A stretch of 64,000 nt of DNA, from NCBI GenBank assembly GCA_051362555.1, contig JBPQGU010000016.1:682001-746000 (forward strand). Reading direction: 5' to 3'. This DNA is from Lingula anatina (Eukaryota; Animalia; Brachiopoda). Shown here piece after piece: positions 1 through 13,500 of this stretch. The stretch's first letter is position 1. Each line of letters begins with the position of its first letter. Position numbers and translations under genes: made by a program. Under the pieces are notes generated by a model. The model was not told the DNA's origin and did no database searches. It saw only the letters and a list, made by a program, of their open reading frames with translations.

Positions 1-204
1 TCAACGGTTAAATGACTTTCACTGCATATTTCTTAACTCCTCATCACACAGATATAAAAAGAGGTCAGTCGTTTAGTAAATAAATCAAATGATAATTGAT
101 TGTTTCTAGTGAAAAGGTAACATTGTGTGATTTTTAATTTTAGAATATCCATTAACCTATAGTAATTCTAGTGCTTGTGATGAAGCTATTGGTGTAACTC
201 TTAC

Positions 205-2948
205 TTGTTTCACAATTACTTCCTGTGTATCCATGGGGACAGCTGCAAGAATAGTTGATAGCATGACTCCTGCACGTGGCGCCATTTTGGCAAGGGCGGC
301 TGCGACATGGATCTTTCTCTGTAATATAAAACATAGCGTAGTACCGGAGCGTAGTACCGGAGAAAGCTTAACGCATTCGTTTTTGCGTGTTTGAGACTAT
401 AATTTCTACAAAATATCAGTTTGAGGTAAATAATAGGCAAACAGAAAGGGTTTTATTAAACCGTGCTCTATATTTATAATTATTAAAGAATTAATAAATA
501 ACCAATAAGTCCTCTGATATTTACAAGGCTATAAACTTTTCTTTTCTCATTTCGTCTTTTCTCCTTTTCAAAAAGCGTATTTTCTCTGGGCAATGACTGT
601 TCTTAATAGCGTACTAATAATGACACAGAGAGAGAGAGATGTCCAAGTTGATATTTGATATAAAGGAACAAAGAGAACATTAAACCCCTACCTTGGCAGT
701 TAGTCCCGTAATACCCGGCAGAACACAAGCATCGATAAGAATTTACCATGTCAACACACGTCCCACCATTCTGACAAGGCCGACTGGAACATTCACTTAT
801 TTCTGTAAAGTTAATATGAGAGATTTATGTAAGCTGGTGAAAGGGGCAATGTAATTTAATCTTTAAAACAAATGGAACGCTTCACGAAAATGTGCGTCAT
901 CCTTGCGCCAAAGCCACTTATAAATAACATGGAAAACGTTGTGCTGACTTTGCTACTTTTGCAATTTAATGTGAGAGATTACAAAATTTAAAAAAAATCA
1001 TTTTATATGTTTCCCTTTCTGTGATAAGGATGGTCCGTAAAACACGACCTATTTTACTGCCATCTCAATTTTGATATACATGTAATTGAGATTTTTCCAA
1101 CTTTCTTTCACCAAAACTGTTCCATAAGGATAGCCATTCTTGCAAATTCTCTAGAAATTGCAAACCTTAAAGGAAGTCAAATTTCAATTACTGGTAACGT
1201 ACTTTTTCCACGCTCTTAGCTGCTGAATGACAGCGGCCATACGAATCTTGAAATTGGCATTGACCTTTGCAATCATGTGAGCCGGGTTGTTCCTTACTTT
1301 TCTCGATCCGCATGTTGGTCTTCAAGGTGTCTAGAGTTTGTGGATTTTAGCATAGATTCTTTCTTTAAGTTACCTAAAAAGGAAGAAATCTGGGGGATTG
1401 AGATCTGGAGAGAAGGGTAGCCAAGCGAAGTGGGATGATGATGACTACCTCAAAGGATTCCAATTCCTGCAGAATTTGCAAGGATAGAATGGTCATCCTT
1501 ATGGGACAATTTGGGGAAAGAAAGTTGGAAATATCTTTGTCGTATCATACTTGAGATGGAAAGTAAAATAGGTCGTTTTTTATGGAGCACCATGTATCTT
1601 AGTATCAGTTGAAGTATAATACCAATTTGACATAATTTGCCAGTAAAACCAGGAGGACAATCGCATTCAAAACTGCCATGATTATTTCTACAGGTGGCGC
1701 CCCTGGCACATGGGTTGTTCATGCATTCATTTTTGTCTACAAAAAATATAGTTGTACTTTTAACTTATAATTTTATGTCTTTATACTTTTCAATCCGTTA
1801 TTATGGCAAATATGTAACAATTACTATACTTTGAATGATCATATTGAGTTACAAAGGTAGAAGAAAAGTTTATACAAATATTATGATTGTGCACAAGAGT
1901 TTGATGGTTATAAAATATCGTAATATCACCTTAAAGTGCAATGAAAAATTGATGCAGTTCACATAGATTTGTGATGCAAAAAGTAATGATAGACCTTCCT
2001 AGGACATTCAAATTACACAGGCTTATGGTTTGGTACCTACCGTTTTCACACCACGTGCCTTGGTAACCGGAAGAACATGAACATCGAAACGAGGCCACAT
2101 AGTTCTCGCACGTGGCACCATTTCTGCAAGGTTTGCTTTGGCAATGGTTGGTCACTGGAATAAATAAACATGTATAATGCCACATCCCATTAAGATTCGT
2201 CATACCTACATTACGGACTGATATCTGCTTATAAATCATCTTTTTAAAGTTGGGTTTTCACTTTGGGTGGATTGGCATTTTTTCCCCTTTTCACCAAATT
2301 TATGCTGAGATACAATATTATATCAATTGACTCCCTTCGTTAAATTACCATTTGACCCATTGTTTGCTGAAACCAAACTCTCAAATTCATGGTTGAGTTT
2401 GTCACTATTTTCTTTTTGGGTAAACGCTAGCGACCATACAACAATAGCAACCAATGCAGCGCACATGATTCCCACTAACACCAATGCTATTTGTAACCGT
2501 CTATTGACTTTTGTCTTTGGTGGCTGTGTAATGCTTGTATTGGGATCATCGGCATTGTCAGTTGGACCAGAAATCCTTAAACTCTCGTAAACACTTGTTG
2601 TCTCCTCTGGAGCGAGATCCATATCCGCCGAAGTTTCATATGTTGCATTTACATACGCGGCACTTTGGTCTTGAAGAGTAAATAACTTGATACCTAAAAG
2701 TAGTTATAGCATGATTTCATCATGGAATTGACAACTCCATGCAAAGTGATAATTTCAGATCGCCTGAATATCAGGCTCACAAATAAATAAGTAAAGGTGA
2801 GAAACCAATATATATATTTCCAAAGATTATATTTAACACAGGGAAAGCATATTCATTTTAATAGCTTATACTTAAAACATGTTTATTAAACGAACCCTAT
2901 TCATAAGAACTGATTAACCCATGGATGCATACCTCTTGAATCTGCCAT
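205..2948 (-). CDS. Copy A, type II TM / EGF-repeat receptor (3' end, probably including the SRCR exon, lies beyond the left edge)
   Basis: Exons with AG/GT boundaries, all phase 1: 2948-2933 (ATG in AAACATGG context, MADSR), 2693-2349 (tail and TM), EGF a 2154-2041, b 1736-1623, c 802-692, d 318-205. The spliced frame is open: [27 protein letters not shown]...SVYESL...[27 protein letters not shown]... Confidence 0.88.
865..908 (-). pseudogene. U6 snRNA 3'-half pseudogene fragment in a copy A intron
   Basis: Reverse complement GCGCAAGGATGACGCACATTTTCGTGAAGCGTTCCATTTGTTTT closely follows the conserved U6 3' end (GCGCAAGGATGACACGCAAATTCGTGAAGCGTTCCATATTTT). It is absent from the paralogous introns near 17775 and 32180. 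Confidence 0.8.
1025..1600 (-). mobile_element. Decayed Tc1/mariner transposase 3' fragment
   Basis: Minus strand near 1420-1320 reads [24 protein letters not shown] (WPPxSPDLNPxD motif), and a DGAP-like motif lies near 1590. Stops are present and the boundaries are approximate. Confidence 0.75.
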
Positions 2949-3977
2949 GTTTACTTTCTTCGAATTTCAAAAGCTGTGGAATAATAAAATGTTGTATTGC
3001 CACATCTTTCAAAGTTTGACGCATATTGCAAACGAAGAATATGTAAATGTGCATTTTGCAACTACGACACATTTTACGACAGTAATGCATTTTAACGGTT
3101 TGAATAACATATTTATCATATAATATAGGTTCAGGCATATTCTCTTTCTTATTTTTCTGAAAATAGGATGAACCACGATTACAACATTGCCGTTATAACT
3201 TTGGAGCCGTGAGGGGAGTGTAGTTAAAGGTTTTTTGATTCAACATTTCAAACCAAACACCAATGCTAAACGCTTGTCGCTAAAAGCAAATTACTGCGGA
3301 TTACAGCTGGATCAGTGTGTAAACAAGGATGAAAGCGCTGTACTATATTGGTTAACGTTTCAGTGACATACAAAAGTTGATTGTAAATGCGCCGTGGTTG
3401 CAGGATGCATAATGCTGATGTAAATTGTTTTTTCTTTATTCTTTTTGCGGTCGATGTTACAGTTGCTTTGAATTAAAAGCATGAAATATTACGATAAGCG
3501 ACCCTTCGCGCTTTCTGTAACTGACATGTTGGTAAATGTGTTATCTACAACCTCTCTACATTAGCAATGAAACTTAACTTAAATGCAAACTTTCTAATCA
3601 ATTTTGCCCTCCCCCCATAGACCAAATGATATTGAAAAATAGTTGTTTAAATTTAACATTTTTTACCTCTTCTTAAAGTCATTTTCAAGTCGTTATAGTG
3701 CAGGATCCCAGATTTTCAGCCCCTATAAATCAGGGTCTGCCAGCCACACCCAACCACTCAATCTGTCTGTCAGTGTCTATTTAATATACTTGTGACCATG
3801 CTGAAAGACCCCCGATAGGTTTCTAAGGGTTCCCCTAAAAAGTCCTGTTAGCTGGATTTGAGGGCTTTTGTTTTGAACCCTCTGACCGCACCCATCACTG
3901 GCAATACGACAGACTCCCATTTTCATATAAAGGTAAGCATGTAGGTCATTGCCAGGTACAAGAAAATTTGTGATCTT

Positions 3978-4070
3978 TTCGGGCATACTCAACCCTCTGG
4001 GATCTCGGACTATTATTTATCTAATAGATAAATAATAGTCCGAGATCCCAGAGGGTTGAGAATGCCCGAA
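3978..4070. repeat. 93-bp near-perfect palindrome (46-bp arms), MITE-like
   Basis: ttcgggcatactcaaccctctgggatctcggactattatttatcta-a-tagataaataatagtccgagatcccagagggttgagaatgcccgaa, with one mismatch between arms. Confidence 0.9.
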
Positions 4071-4509
4071 TTTAAAATATTCAACTGGAAAGGTACAATA
4101 ATAAAACTACAAACAGAGCCTACCCCGCACTTAAAACCATAGAGCTTCACTGTCATCACATATTACCAATTATATCACATTGTTATCATTAAATGCAAAT
4201 ATACATGTGCTTTAAAAATTTTGATAAGTAAAACAAGACTTGTAACCAAAAGATCGTAATGTTTCAGGTTGAAGACTATCTGATTCTGATTTTAACAAAG
4301 AAATGACTCTATCGCTAAAGTCACTATGATAACACAACCATAAGCACAACCATTTTATCCACACTCACGAACATTTCATTCCCGTCAACATTTTAACTTT
4401 AAAATGCGGAGCACCATAGTTGCAGAATTGTGAGATGAGACTATTTATCTATAGAAGTATAAGCATAAATACTCCATACCTGTAAAAAGAACATAATTAT
4501 TGTACTTAC

Positions 4510-4615
4510 CAGGCGTCTCAACAGCCTTTTTACTAATGTGACACTACGCACGTTTGTTGACAACAAAACTTAAGCTCTCACGCTGAAACTAATATAAGCA
4601 ATATTACTTCCTGGT
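4510..4615 (-). promoter_or_regulatory. Putative 5' non-coding exon and promoter region of copy A, with an ETS-type motif
   Basis: Strong donor CTG|GTAAGT at 4510/4509 and ACCAGGAAGT at about 4606-4615. Both are conserved at homologous positions in B (22922, about 23012), C (34692, 34801) and E (54992, 55099). The transcription start is unknown. Confidence 0.55.
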
Positions 4616-6576
4616 ATAATATATGTACTGAATAACTTCATAGCTTTATTTGTGTGCTCATAAAATTCGATTCAGGTGCTGAGGCGTCTCGGGGTACAAC
4701 TAAAGCCAGCTAATGACGACGTGTGACGGGACTCAATCGTTCACTTCTGTGTGGGATGGTCCGACTTCGCAACTTACACTAAAAATCGTTATTATCTTAA
4801 TTTTCAGCATTTTCCACTTAGTCACCCATGTGTGATATACAGGGTATCTCACATCATCACCCAGGTGTTCTATATCTCATATCGCGAAAAATTTAAAACA
4901 TGAATTTATTAGGATAATAGTAACAATTCCCTTTTTTTGCTTCATAAGAGAATTTAAAAAGGAGAAACGAATGTGGATAATAATAGTACATAACGGTATA
5001 TTTTATAAATGACACCCCATTATACATTAAAATTCACTTAAAACTTAAAATACAATACTATATCATAGTTTAAGAAATTATACCAGATTGCTTAATATTA
5101 AAATCAAAACTACTAGAATAATTATACGAAATTCATAGCATTAAACATTAAAACTTGTAAACGCGAATTTAAAACTGTCTTTAAAACTAATGCTCAGCTT
5201 TGGGTTAACTTTTTATATCTCATTCCGGCAATAACATGCTAACTGAAATGGAGTTCGAAGAGCCCGAGTGACACGCACTAAAGAAGGAAAGAGCTAAAAA
5301 GCGATGGACTGGTCACATGATTGACGAGACCACTAGGCACCAGCTGGAGCTTGGATAGCTTGGAAGGGAAGTTAAAGGAGTCATCTAGAGAGGAGAGAAC
5401 CCGCCACTGAACCCTACTGGAGAAATAAGATTTATGAAGATATCAATTATGAAATATAACATGATTTATGTTAGGACAAAGCACCGGTGTGTAAAACAGA
5501 AAAAAATCCCCTCTTTGCATGACCGAATTTCGACAAAATATATAAGAATCAACGGTCACTCATCTTGTAAAACGACATGACAAAGAACACAGATATTCCC
5601 TGGTTCCAGTAAGTTAAATACGGACAAGTTTAGATCATAGACATTCAACCCACTCAATAAATCTACACCTGTGTCGGCAGATTCGTGTTTCACTTCCGGG
5701 TACAAAGCGACCTATGCATAACGATGGTATTTTCTGTACCAAGTAGGCCTATTTATACATTTAACTATTTTAATGTTAAAACAATCTCCAACAAACTTAA
5801 GCTACTCAATCCACTTACCAGTGAATTCGTGGAAAAAACAACACGTTTGACCTGATAATGTGCCAACTTCTACTAAGTACAAAGCTGTTTCACCTAGCTG
5901 TCCTCCCGGGCGATCACATCACGTGGCATGAAAAAATATGGGACAAAACAACACGGATATAAAGGTAAAGGTAAAGGTTGTCCGACTTCACAATGTATGC
6001 CTGGTCTTTCTGGATCTATTCGATCAAGTAACCAAGACCTACCCTGTACTTGGATAAGCAACATCAGAGGGTGGTCATTAACATCGGTCAACAACTGGGC
6101 AGAAACACCACGTGGCTGAAGGGATTGGGGTTCAATCTTCGTCCACTTTTGAACCAAGCACGGAACCTGATTGATTGATTGATTGATATCTGGATCAAGT
6201 GTTCAGTCTTTTAACCCCTGCATTACCCCCTATATTTAGACAGTTTATCGAGGAAACTTTGGGGACCTTTATAATAAATAAACCACCCTTACCCTGCAGG
6301 CATATCCCCTTTGGGTAATTTTCCTAATATAAAGACAGTGTCTGTACCAACAATCCCTAAAATATTGATGTTCTCTAGAATAATACTAGAACGAATTCCT
6401 CAAGATAAGATTGCACTGCAGCCATTAACTGTGTATATGCAGCTACTTTTCTTTGTTGATGTATTTGCCAATCGGTTGTGACCAACCAAATTATACAACT
6501 ATAGCAATGTGAATGGAAACGAGTGCAACAGCTGTTTTCAGTTATGACTTATTGATCAGGGCCCGAATTTCTTCAA

Positions 6577-8372
6577 CACTGGACTCAACTACCGGAAAGA
6601 AAGTCTGGGACCCGTTATTTCAGAAACCAGGGGTCCTACGGACCCCTGGTTTCTGAAAAAATGGGTCCCGGACCTTGTATCATGGTAATTGGATATAATA
6701 TACAGGGTCCCCCGGACCCTGCATTTAACCGGACCCTACGTTTCATGACAGCTATCACGAAACACAGAGTCCGCCCGCCATACAGAAGAACTGGGTCTAA
6801 AAGCTAGGGTCCTACTGTAGAACAGTATATATTTAGTAAAAGCGCTTTATATTGACAATCTGGGTATAATAGAATTATAATAAAGCAAACCCTTGATGCA
6901 AGTAAATATAATATAACAAAACGGCGGTGGTTTGCACAACGACCTGGTGGTGTAGTGGACAGCGACACTGGTGATGAATCTACTATGGTATCCAATGACA
7001 GGGAAGTATGTAGTAATTTAACAATATGTTGGTTCGGGTCCCACACTGGAGTTCACTTTAAGACGCCTCTATTTTCAATCTTGTTTTTTTTTTTTAATTT
7101 ATAGTTAAATATTCAAATTACTGTCCATTTATTGTGTTTCATTCCGTAATAATATGTTTTATACTCACTTTTTATTACATTTCATACCTTTTTTTAATTG
7201 GACTTACTTAAAATATATTTCACACACATCCCATTGCATTGTAATGCTTAAGACTATATATACACGTGACTTATTTGAATACCACTCGTACATGTGTGTA
7301 AGCAAGTGGTACACAATGAATCGATGCTAAACTGTGCGAAACGTTTCTTTTCTCTAGACTATACGCGTAACTTAGGCTACAATGACTACGATTCATAAAT
7401 GTGTGACAGCTAGCGTTATACAGTGCATCAATGCCAAATTGTGCAAAATATGTATTTTCTGGAAACTGACGACATTAATTAGTTATTAAATATACATGCT
7501 TATGTAGTGTAATTGAAAATGTACTCATTTAATTTTGTTTAACATTATATATAAAGTTTTAATTTAAGTTGCATACCCTAAATTAAAATGGAATCAACCC
7601 AAAAGGAATGTATTCCATGTTTCTCAATAACATTAGAAATCTTAATTAAAGTTTTTTCCATTGTGTATTATATGGACAACAATAAAGCAAGATTGTATCA
7701 ACAAGAAAGGATTTGATATCTACATGTACTTAAAATATATATTTATAATGTGAAACTATGGATTATATTTTTCTCATTTTAGACGAAGCACTGGCACAGA
7801 TGTTTTATCAAGTTTGCATGATGATGGAAATGCGGGTGACAACGGACAATTAGGAGAAAAAACAATTACTATACTGATTAATAATTTTTTGTAAAATCAT
7901 GAAGTTCACCAAAGGCACTTATGTATTCTGAATAAATTTATATTTCTTGAGTGATGTTCTTTCTCAATTGCATACAAAAGATAATCCTGCAAATTAAAGT
8001 TTATGAAATGCGAACAATGCACATTTATACTACGCGTTACACTCTAACAGAGTTTAATAATGTTTTTTTTACCTTTAATTCTTATAATTCTTCCCTCCAT
8101 ATCAGTTAACATCATGTTCAATTTCATTTTTAAATTGCAAGTTTTAAGTGTGAGATTTCATTATTGCTCTTCAATGCGGACTTTCAGTATTAAAACGTAG
8201 GGTCCTAGGACTTTCCGTACTGAAATAGAGTGTCGAGGGGGAATCTACATTTCAGAACATAGAGTCCGGGACCCGTTATTTCGAGACAGGGAGTCCGCCG
8301 GACCCTCAGTTTTAAAACACCGGGTCCGCCGGACCCTAGAATGGTAGGACTCTGTGTTGCTTGACACCGGTG
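6577..8372. mobile_element. Non-autonomous DNA transposon relic with clustered subterminal GGACCC/GGGTCC repeats
   Basis: Motifs such as gggacccgttatttc and ggtccgccggaccc are repeated at 6600-6810 and 8200-8350 around an AT-rich core. The segment is absent from the homologous region near 36585. The superfamily is uncertain. Confidence 0.5.
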
Positions 8373-9029
8373 TTTACCGTCTGGTTGATTTTATTTCATT
8401 TGCTCTCTGGTGTCTTTTTGAAAATTTATATTAGAAATGTTCTATTAATTTTATGTTGTAAAAAATTAATCCGTCGGAATTCCTTAGGATAACATTTATT
8501 TTACCTTCATTTTAAGGGGATTTCCATTGTATTTACAGTGTTATATTTGGCCCCAATGGGGATTTTTCACCACTCCCCCACTCTTGATTAATAAAATTCT
8601 TCATGGACCAGATTGAAAATGATATTGCAAAATACATTCTAAATCGTAGGAAGGTTAATCGCAGATAATGCTGCAAGGACATTCTTGTGCAAGGGCGAAC
8701 TTGGCCAATATAATTTTTTTTTACTTCGTCTCCCGGTTTTGGAGCGCCTGTTCTAATTTTTGAAAGCGAGGCAATGGAACCAAACAATACGATGCAATAT
8801 GAAATCTCGTAAAAATTGCTATTTTTAAATAAAGACTATAGCATGGAGTACATTGATAGCGACTCGTTTATTATTATGATCTTCAATAATAGTTAATATA
8901 AAATATACTATATAATAAGTTCTTGTTCCCGGCCTATTTATTAACTTAATTGATTTTTTAATATTTGGAGATTAAAAGCACAAAAGTTGTCTGGTTTCAT
9001 ATCGAGGCACCCTGTTTCGTTCGTGTGCT
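8373..9029. mobile_element. Truncated second copy of the element at 18246-18983
   Basis: Colinear match from tttaccgtctggttgattttatttcatt to gtttcgttcgtgtgct. Confidence 0.8.
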
Positions 9030-9441
9030 ATGTAGTGTTTAGTAAACATTAATTTACTAAACAGTTACAGGTAAGTAGACATTACTTTGTCCAGAGGATA
9101 ATAATTTCATCTAATTGTTTTGCTATCCAGAGGATAGTGCTATGCAGTGTTGAAGACACTTGGCCCAAGATGATACCAGATTAACACAACTAGTGAAACA
9201 GATCAAAGAAAGGGTGACGAGTGAATTGGTATTTTTTAAACAAGCAATTCCAGAATGACATAAAAATACCGTGTACCTAAACTATCCCCTTATTGCTATT
9301 TCATGGTCTCACCGGTGTTACGTCAGCTTACCGATACAGGCTTGCCACCTTTATTGGTTGATGAGTCAAGAACCCTAGAAAACAATTTTGAAATGCGATA
9401 CTTCAGTCTAACATAGTAAAACCAACATCAACATCAGTTAA

Positions 9442-9778
9442 AGGGATAATAACTCTTTGTATGATATCTATATTTCACAATAAAAACATTGTGAGTAACT
9501 TATAGAAATATAATATATTCTGTTTTACCACAAAAACGGCAGTAATAGCTATTATTCTGATATTTGAGCTTGTCTTTAGACCACGTGACCTCCATTGATG
9601 GCTATACTCTGTTAAAATCTCTTAAGAGATTTTAACAAAAAACCAAACTTTTTAGAAAAAAAACAGGGACTTACTTTAAATGTAAAAATGGATTCATTAA
9701 CCATTGGTAAGTATGGGAAAATTGTTGTTTACTCCAGGAAAATTCATATTTTGGCCAAAACGAAGAGTTATTATCCCT
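9442..9778. mobile_element. Kolobok-like MITE
   Basis: TTAA|agggataataactct...agagttattatccct|TTAA. An inverted copy lies at 32499-32833 and a partial copy at about 42208-42376. Confidence 0.8.
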
Positions 9779-12700
9779 TTAAGTATTTAAAACGAATTTA
9801 TTGAAATCGAGAAAAACAATCAATATTGTAGATTATATACAGATGAAGTTAAATTGAATTTTCTAAAATTTTCAACAATTTTTCAACCCTAAACTTATAT
9901 GTACAAAATCTTGAAAGATAGTTACTGAAAATACATTTTAATAAACAAGATGGTGTTATTCACATTCTACATATTCTTGAATTTGTATCAATAGAATAGC
10001 TTCCCAAAGAAACTAATAATGAGTCATCAAGTTTCGATTGTATACAGGCAATTACAGACTTACGAAAATGGACTTAGACGAGCCCCGGTGAGACGCGTTT
10101 AAAAGGGAGAATTAAAAAAAACAACGGGCTAGTCACGTGGCATAGTCGAGTCGCCACTCCCATAGGCCCAATAGTCGAACCCTGCAATGTTCTTTCTTGT
10201 AAACTTTTTTTGCTGAAATGCATTATTCAGGCCGAGAGAAGCAAAATTAGCTTGGTTGCTATTTCCGAGACCTTGAGCATTTCTCAATATGGCCGTCAAT
10301 TTATGAGGAAAAATAGAAAAACGACCAGAAGTTGCCGGGTAAACTTTATTGACAGCTTTTTTGAACGTGTATCCTATCAGGAGAGCACAACAGTACTAGT
10401 GAATACGCTTAATCGCGTACCACTTAGCAAAAAACCAAAATGGCCGTCAAAACATAAGGCTGAAAATGATAAAAGCTGTAGAATCAGTTTGTTTTTTGCA
10501 TATTTAGTTTTATTAAAACCATATCCCCTTTTTATATTTATGTTAATTATAATATTTTGTTAGTCATGACCCTAAACTCTTGGAATTAGCTTATCTGACA
10601 GTTCAATACCCCCCCCCCCCCCAAGAATCTGTTTGCTACTTCCCCGGGTCCCATAGTCAAATACTTAGAATGTTATTCCCTGAAATTTTAAAAATAATTT
10701 AAAACCTTGGGGGTATAAAAGCCAATTTAATTTGGGCTTTTTTTGGCAGTGGCTACATACGGAACATTGATCAATTTTCAAAATTCAAGATGGCCGTCAA
10801 TGATATAAAAATATATAATAAAATCATTATATTATAAATAAATAATTATGTAACATAGCAAAGAGTCGGGTTAAAAGTGCATGGTATTCCGCATTTCAAA
10901 TTACCTCTAAAACATGCCCAAAAAGGTAAAAAAAAAATCAGTTAAATTACATTTTAAACTGGTAATTCTTTTTATTGAGATTGGCAAGAGTAAGAATATT
11001 TCATCAGTATATAACAGTATTTCTAGTTTTTCTTATTACTGCACATTTTTCACTTTAAATTTTAAAGAGTCAATAAACAAAACATCTTACAAATCATTTG
11101 GTTATAAACTGACAGCCATTAAAATCTTTGAGGCCATATTTTTCAAAATAATTGTTATTTTGAAGCTCTAAACTGGATTATTTTCATATGTTCAGGACAT
11201 TGGTATACGGAACCAAAAATCTTAAGTTTCATGAATAGTTTCAAAACAAAAATGGCATCAGCCCAACACAATGTCACAACGGTCAATAGCCGGTATGATC
11301 TCCACTTGCTTTGATGCAGGCAGCGATCTGTTGGCGCATGCTCGGGCAATAAATGTGGATGGGATGGTGTCATGCGGAATCCTATTCCAGCTTTGTCATA
11401 GTGCCTGGATCAGCTGCTGCCTTGGACAACGGACAACCAAGATAAATGTTATACCACAAGTGTTCAATCGGATTCATATCAGGAAAATATAGCCATCTTG
11501 AATTTTGAAAAATTATCAATATTTCGTACAGTCATAAGATTATATATGTGTGCATTTTTTCCATCTACCATAAGAAAATTAGATACAATTATAACGTCAG
11601 AAAATACAATAGAGGGAGTGTGATAATGATAGGGTCGCTAAACGAATTTGACGGAATATAGTGACTAGCCTAATCCTCTTGTCGCCTGGTTAGTCACGCC
11701 CCCTTAGAGTACTTATGTAAACAAAAGGTCTTCCCTAGAGAACTACCCTTTTGTTCAACAGCTTCGCGCGTGCAGCGGATTATGTATATAGTGACGCTGT
11801 ACAGCTAACTGCAGTTAAATCTGTGAAAGCTGTTATTTAATTTATTCTGCTGTGTCGGACGTTGTGGGCCAGCCCAATGGTTCATTCACTCATTCTTTTC
11901 TGAAGATTGGTGATGCATATTTTGAATGCTTAATTATTTGCCCTCCTTCTAACAAGAGAAAGTAAAAGGGGAGAGAAACAGAGACAGTGTCAAATAAAAA
12001 GGGTAAAGAGTAATATAACATGCTGTACAATGACTGAGTCGTGAAAGGGGTATTGGACTTCTTTGCGTTAAAAACAAATTCATTTCGAAATCAAAAGAGC
12101 ATTTTTTGAAGGGCGCGTGGGGGGAGGTAAATAGTAACTCATTCCGTAATCCTTCTTGCACATTTATTTAATCGTATCAAAATGTTTGATACACAATGTT
12201 CACTAGTGTCATAGTTTTGGCGACTTATTAAAACCATATTTGTACAAAGTAGGTTAGCATAAGTTACACAAATGTAGGCAACAACCAGTGTGAAGAACAA
12301 CTCCCTTTTTAAGTGAGGCAAGACAACCTATTCAAACTGATTATAACCTTGATAAAGACACAAGGCAAAGGAGTTATGTAAACTAGCGTGTGAAAACACA
12401 TTCTTTGTCAATGTTACAAGACAATGGAGGCGACCAAGTGGAGTAATTACAATATACCCCTGTACAGTCAAAGAGAAATTAGTTATGAAAGCTTACTTCT
12501 GGTCAGCCCTTAATTTGCTTGTTCGAAAGAAAGAGATAGATGTCGCAACGCGAATCCTTTTATTAACCCTTCATGAGTTTGTGTAAAAGTGTGAAAAACA
12601 GGCAACGATCTCGAGTCGCTATTGATATTGTTCGCAATTAATATTGGAGTATACGCCTACATGTAAACATCAGACAAGGCGTTGAGATCGATAAAAGTGG

Positions 12701-13290
12701 GGTTTTATCTGAAAAATTAGATGCCATTTTTGTGAAATGACTTATCAAGTGATGTGCATGTACCTAACATGTATAAATTCTTGATTTTTATTATTTGAAA
12801 CATCTTCATACACGGCCTCATATTTATATTTCTCTCAGGCCATACTCATTTTATTGTACAGTATAACATGGGACTCTAAAACACAGGGCATTGTGAAAGT
12901 TAATTGGCTTCAGAGACTTGTTATCCTTCATGCAGTTTTATAGTGTGGATGAACTACATGTAGAAACAGGCTTTACTTAGCTTTACTTAATTTACGAAAA
13001 TTTAAACAAAATCAATCTGCAAGGCTTGCTTTGACTTGATGTTAACCTAACACTGGACTTAAAAGAAGAAATATAAATATGTTGGATGGATTAAATCACC
13101 GATACCGTTCTATTTTAACTTAACATGGTCATAAACACAGTAACACAGATAATATTTATAAGTTGTCTGTCATTCAGCACGCATTATAGGCGAGTAGCCA
13201 AACAGTGACTATGATCAATCCAAGTAAAATCTAGGCAAGTATTGTTTACAAAATAGATCATGATGAATAAACCTACGCTTTAACGCTCAT

Positions 13291-13500
13291 ACCCCCTTTA
13301 CACTGGGCGGCGTCCTTTCTGCGACCATGAAATTTGGAATCGCTGTGGTCTTAATAAGGAGGCACGGGCATTGATTTTGTATCAGAATGAATCCTTATCG
13401 ACCGGCCAGTTGTCGGCACGTAAAGTATTATAATTTTTTAACTTTCAAATGGAGTCGTACTGCTGGACGCAGAAAGGACGCCGTCCAGTGTAAAGGAGGC
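13291..13500. mobile_element. Small MITE, Harbinger-like, nested in the 5.9-kb element
   Basis: About 35-bp TIRs: cctttacactgggcggcgtcctttctgcg and cgcagaaaggacgccgtccagtgtaaagg. Confidence 0.65.

Larger units (their letters stand above)
2215..6030. repeat. Near-identical duplicated block shared with about 20355-25692 (5' halves and upstream regions of copies A and B)
   Basis: Direct comparison shows long identical runs, including introns, at an offset of about 18.14 kb. B has extra segments at 22166-22430, 23022-23227 and about 24178-25229. Confidence 0.9.

Noticed and set aside
2914-3992. ORFs 2914-3138 and 3777-3992, repeated at 21057-21281 and 21920-22135
   Set aside because: They are intronic, and their identity comes from the recent A/B duplication. 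The real start is the ATG at 2948, in another frame.
6945-7050. tRNA-like A box (TGGTGTAGTGG) and B box (GGTTCGGGTCC)
   Set aside because: I could not fold a convincing cloverleaf. At most this is a decayed tRNA-derived SINE head.
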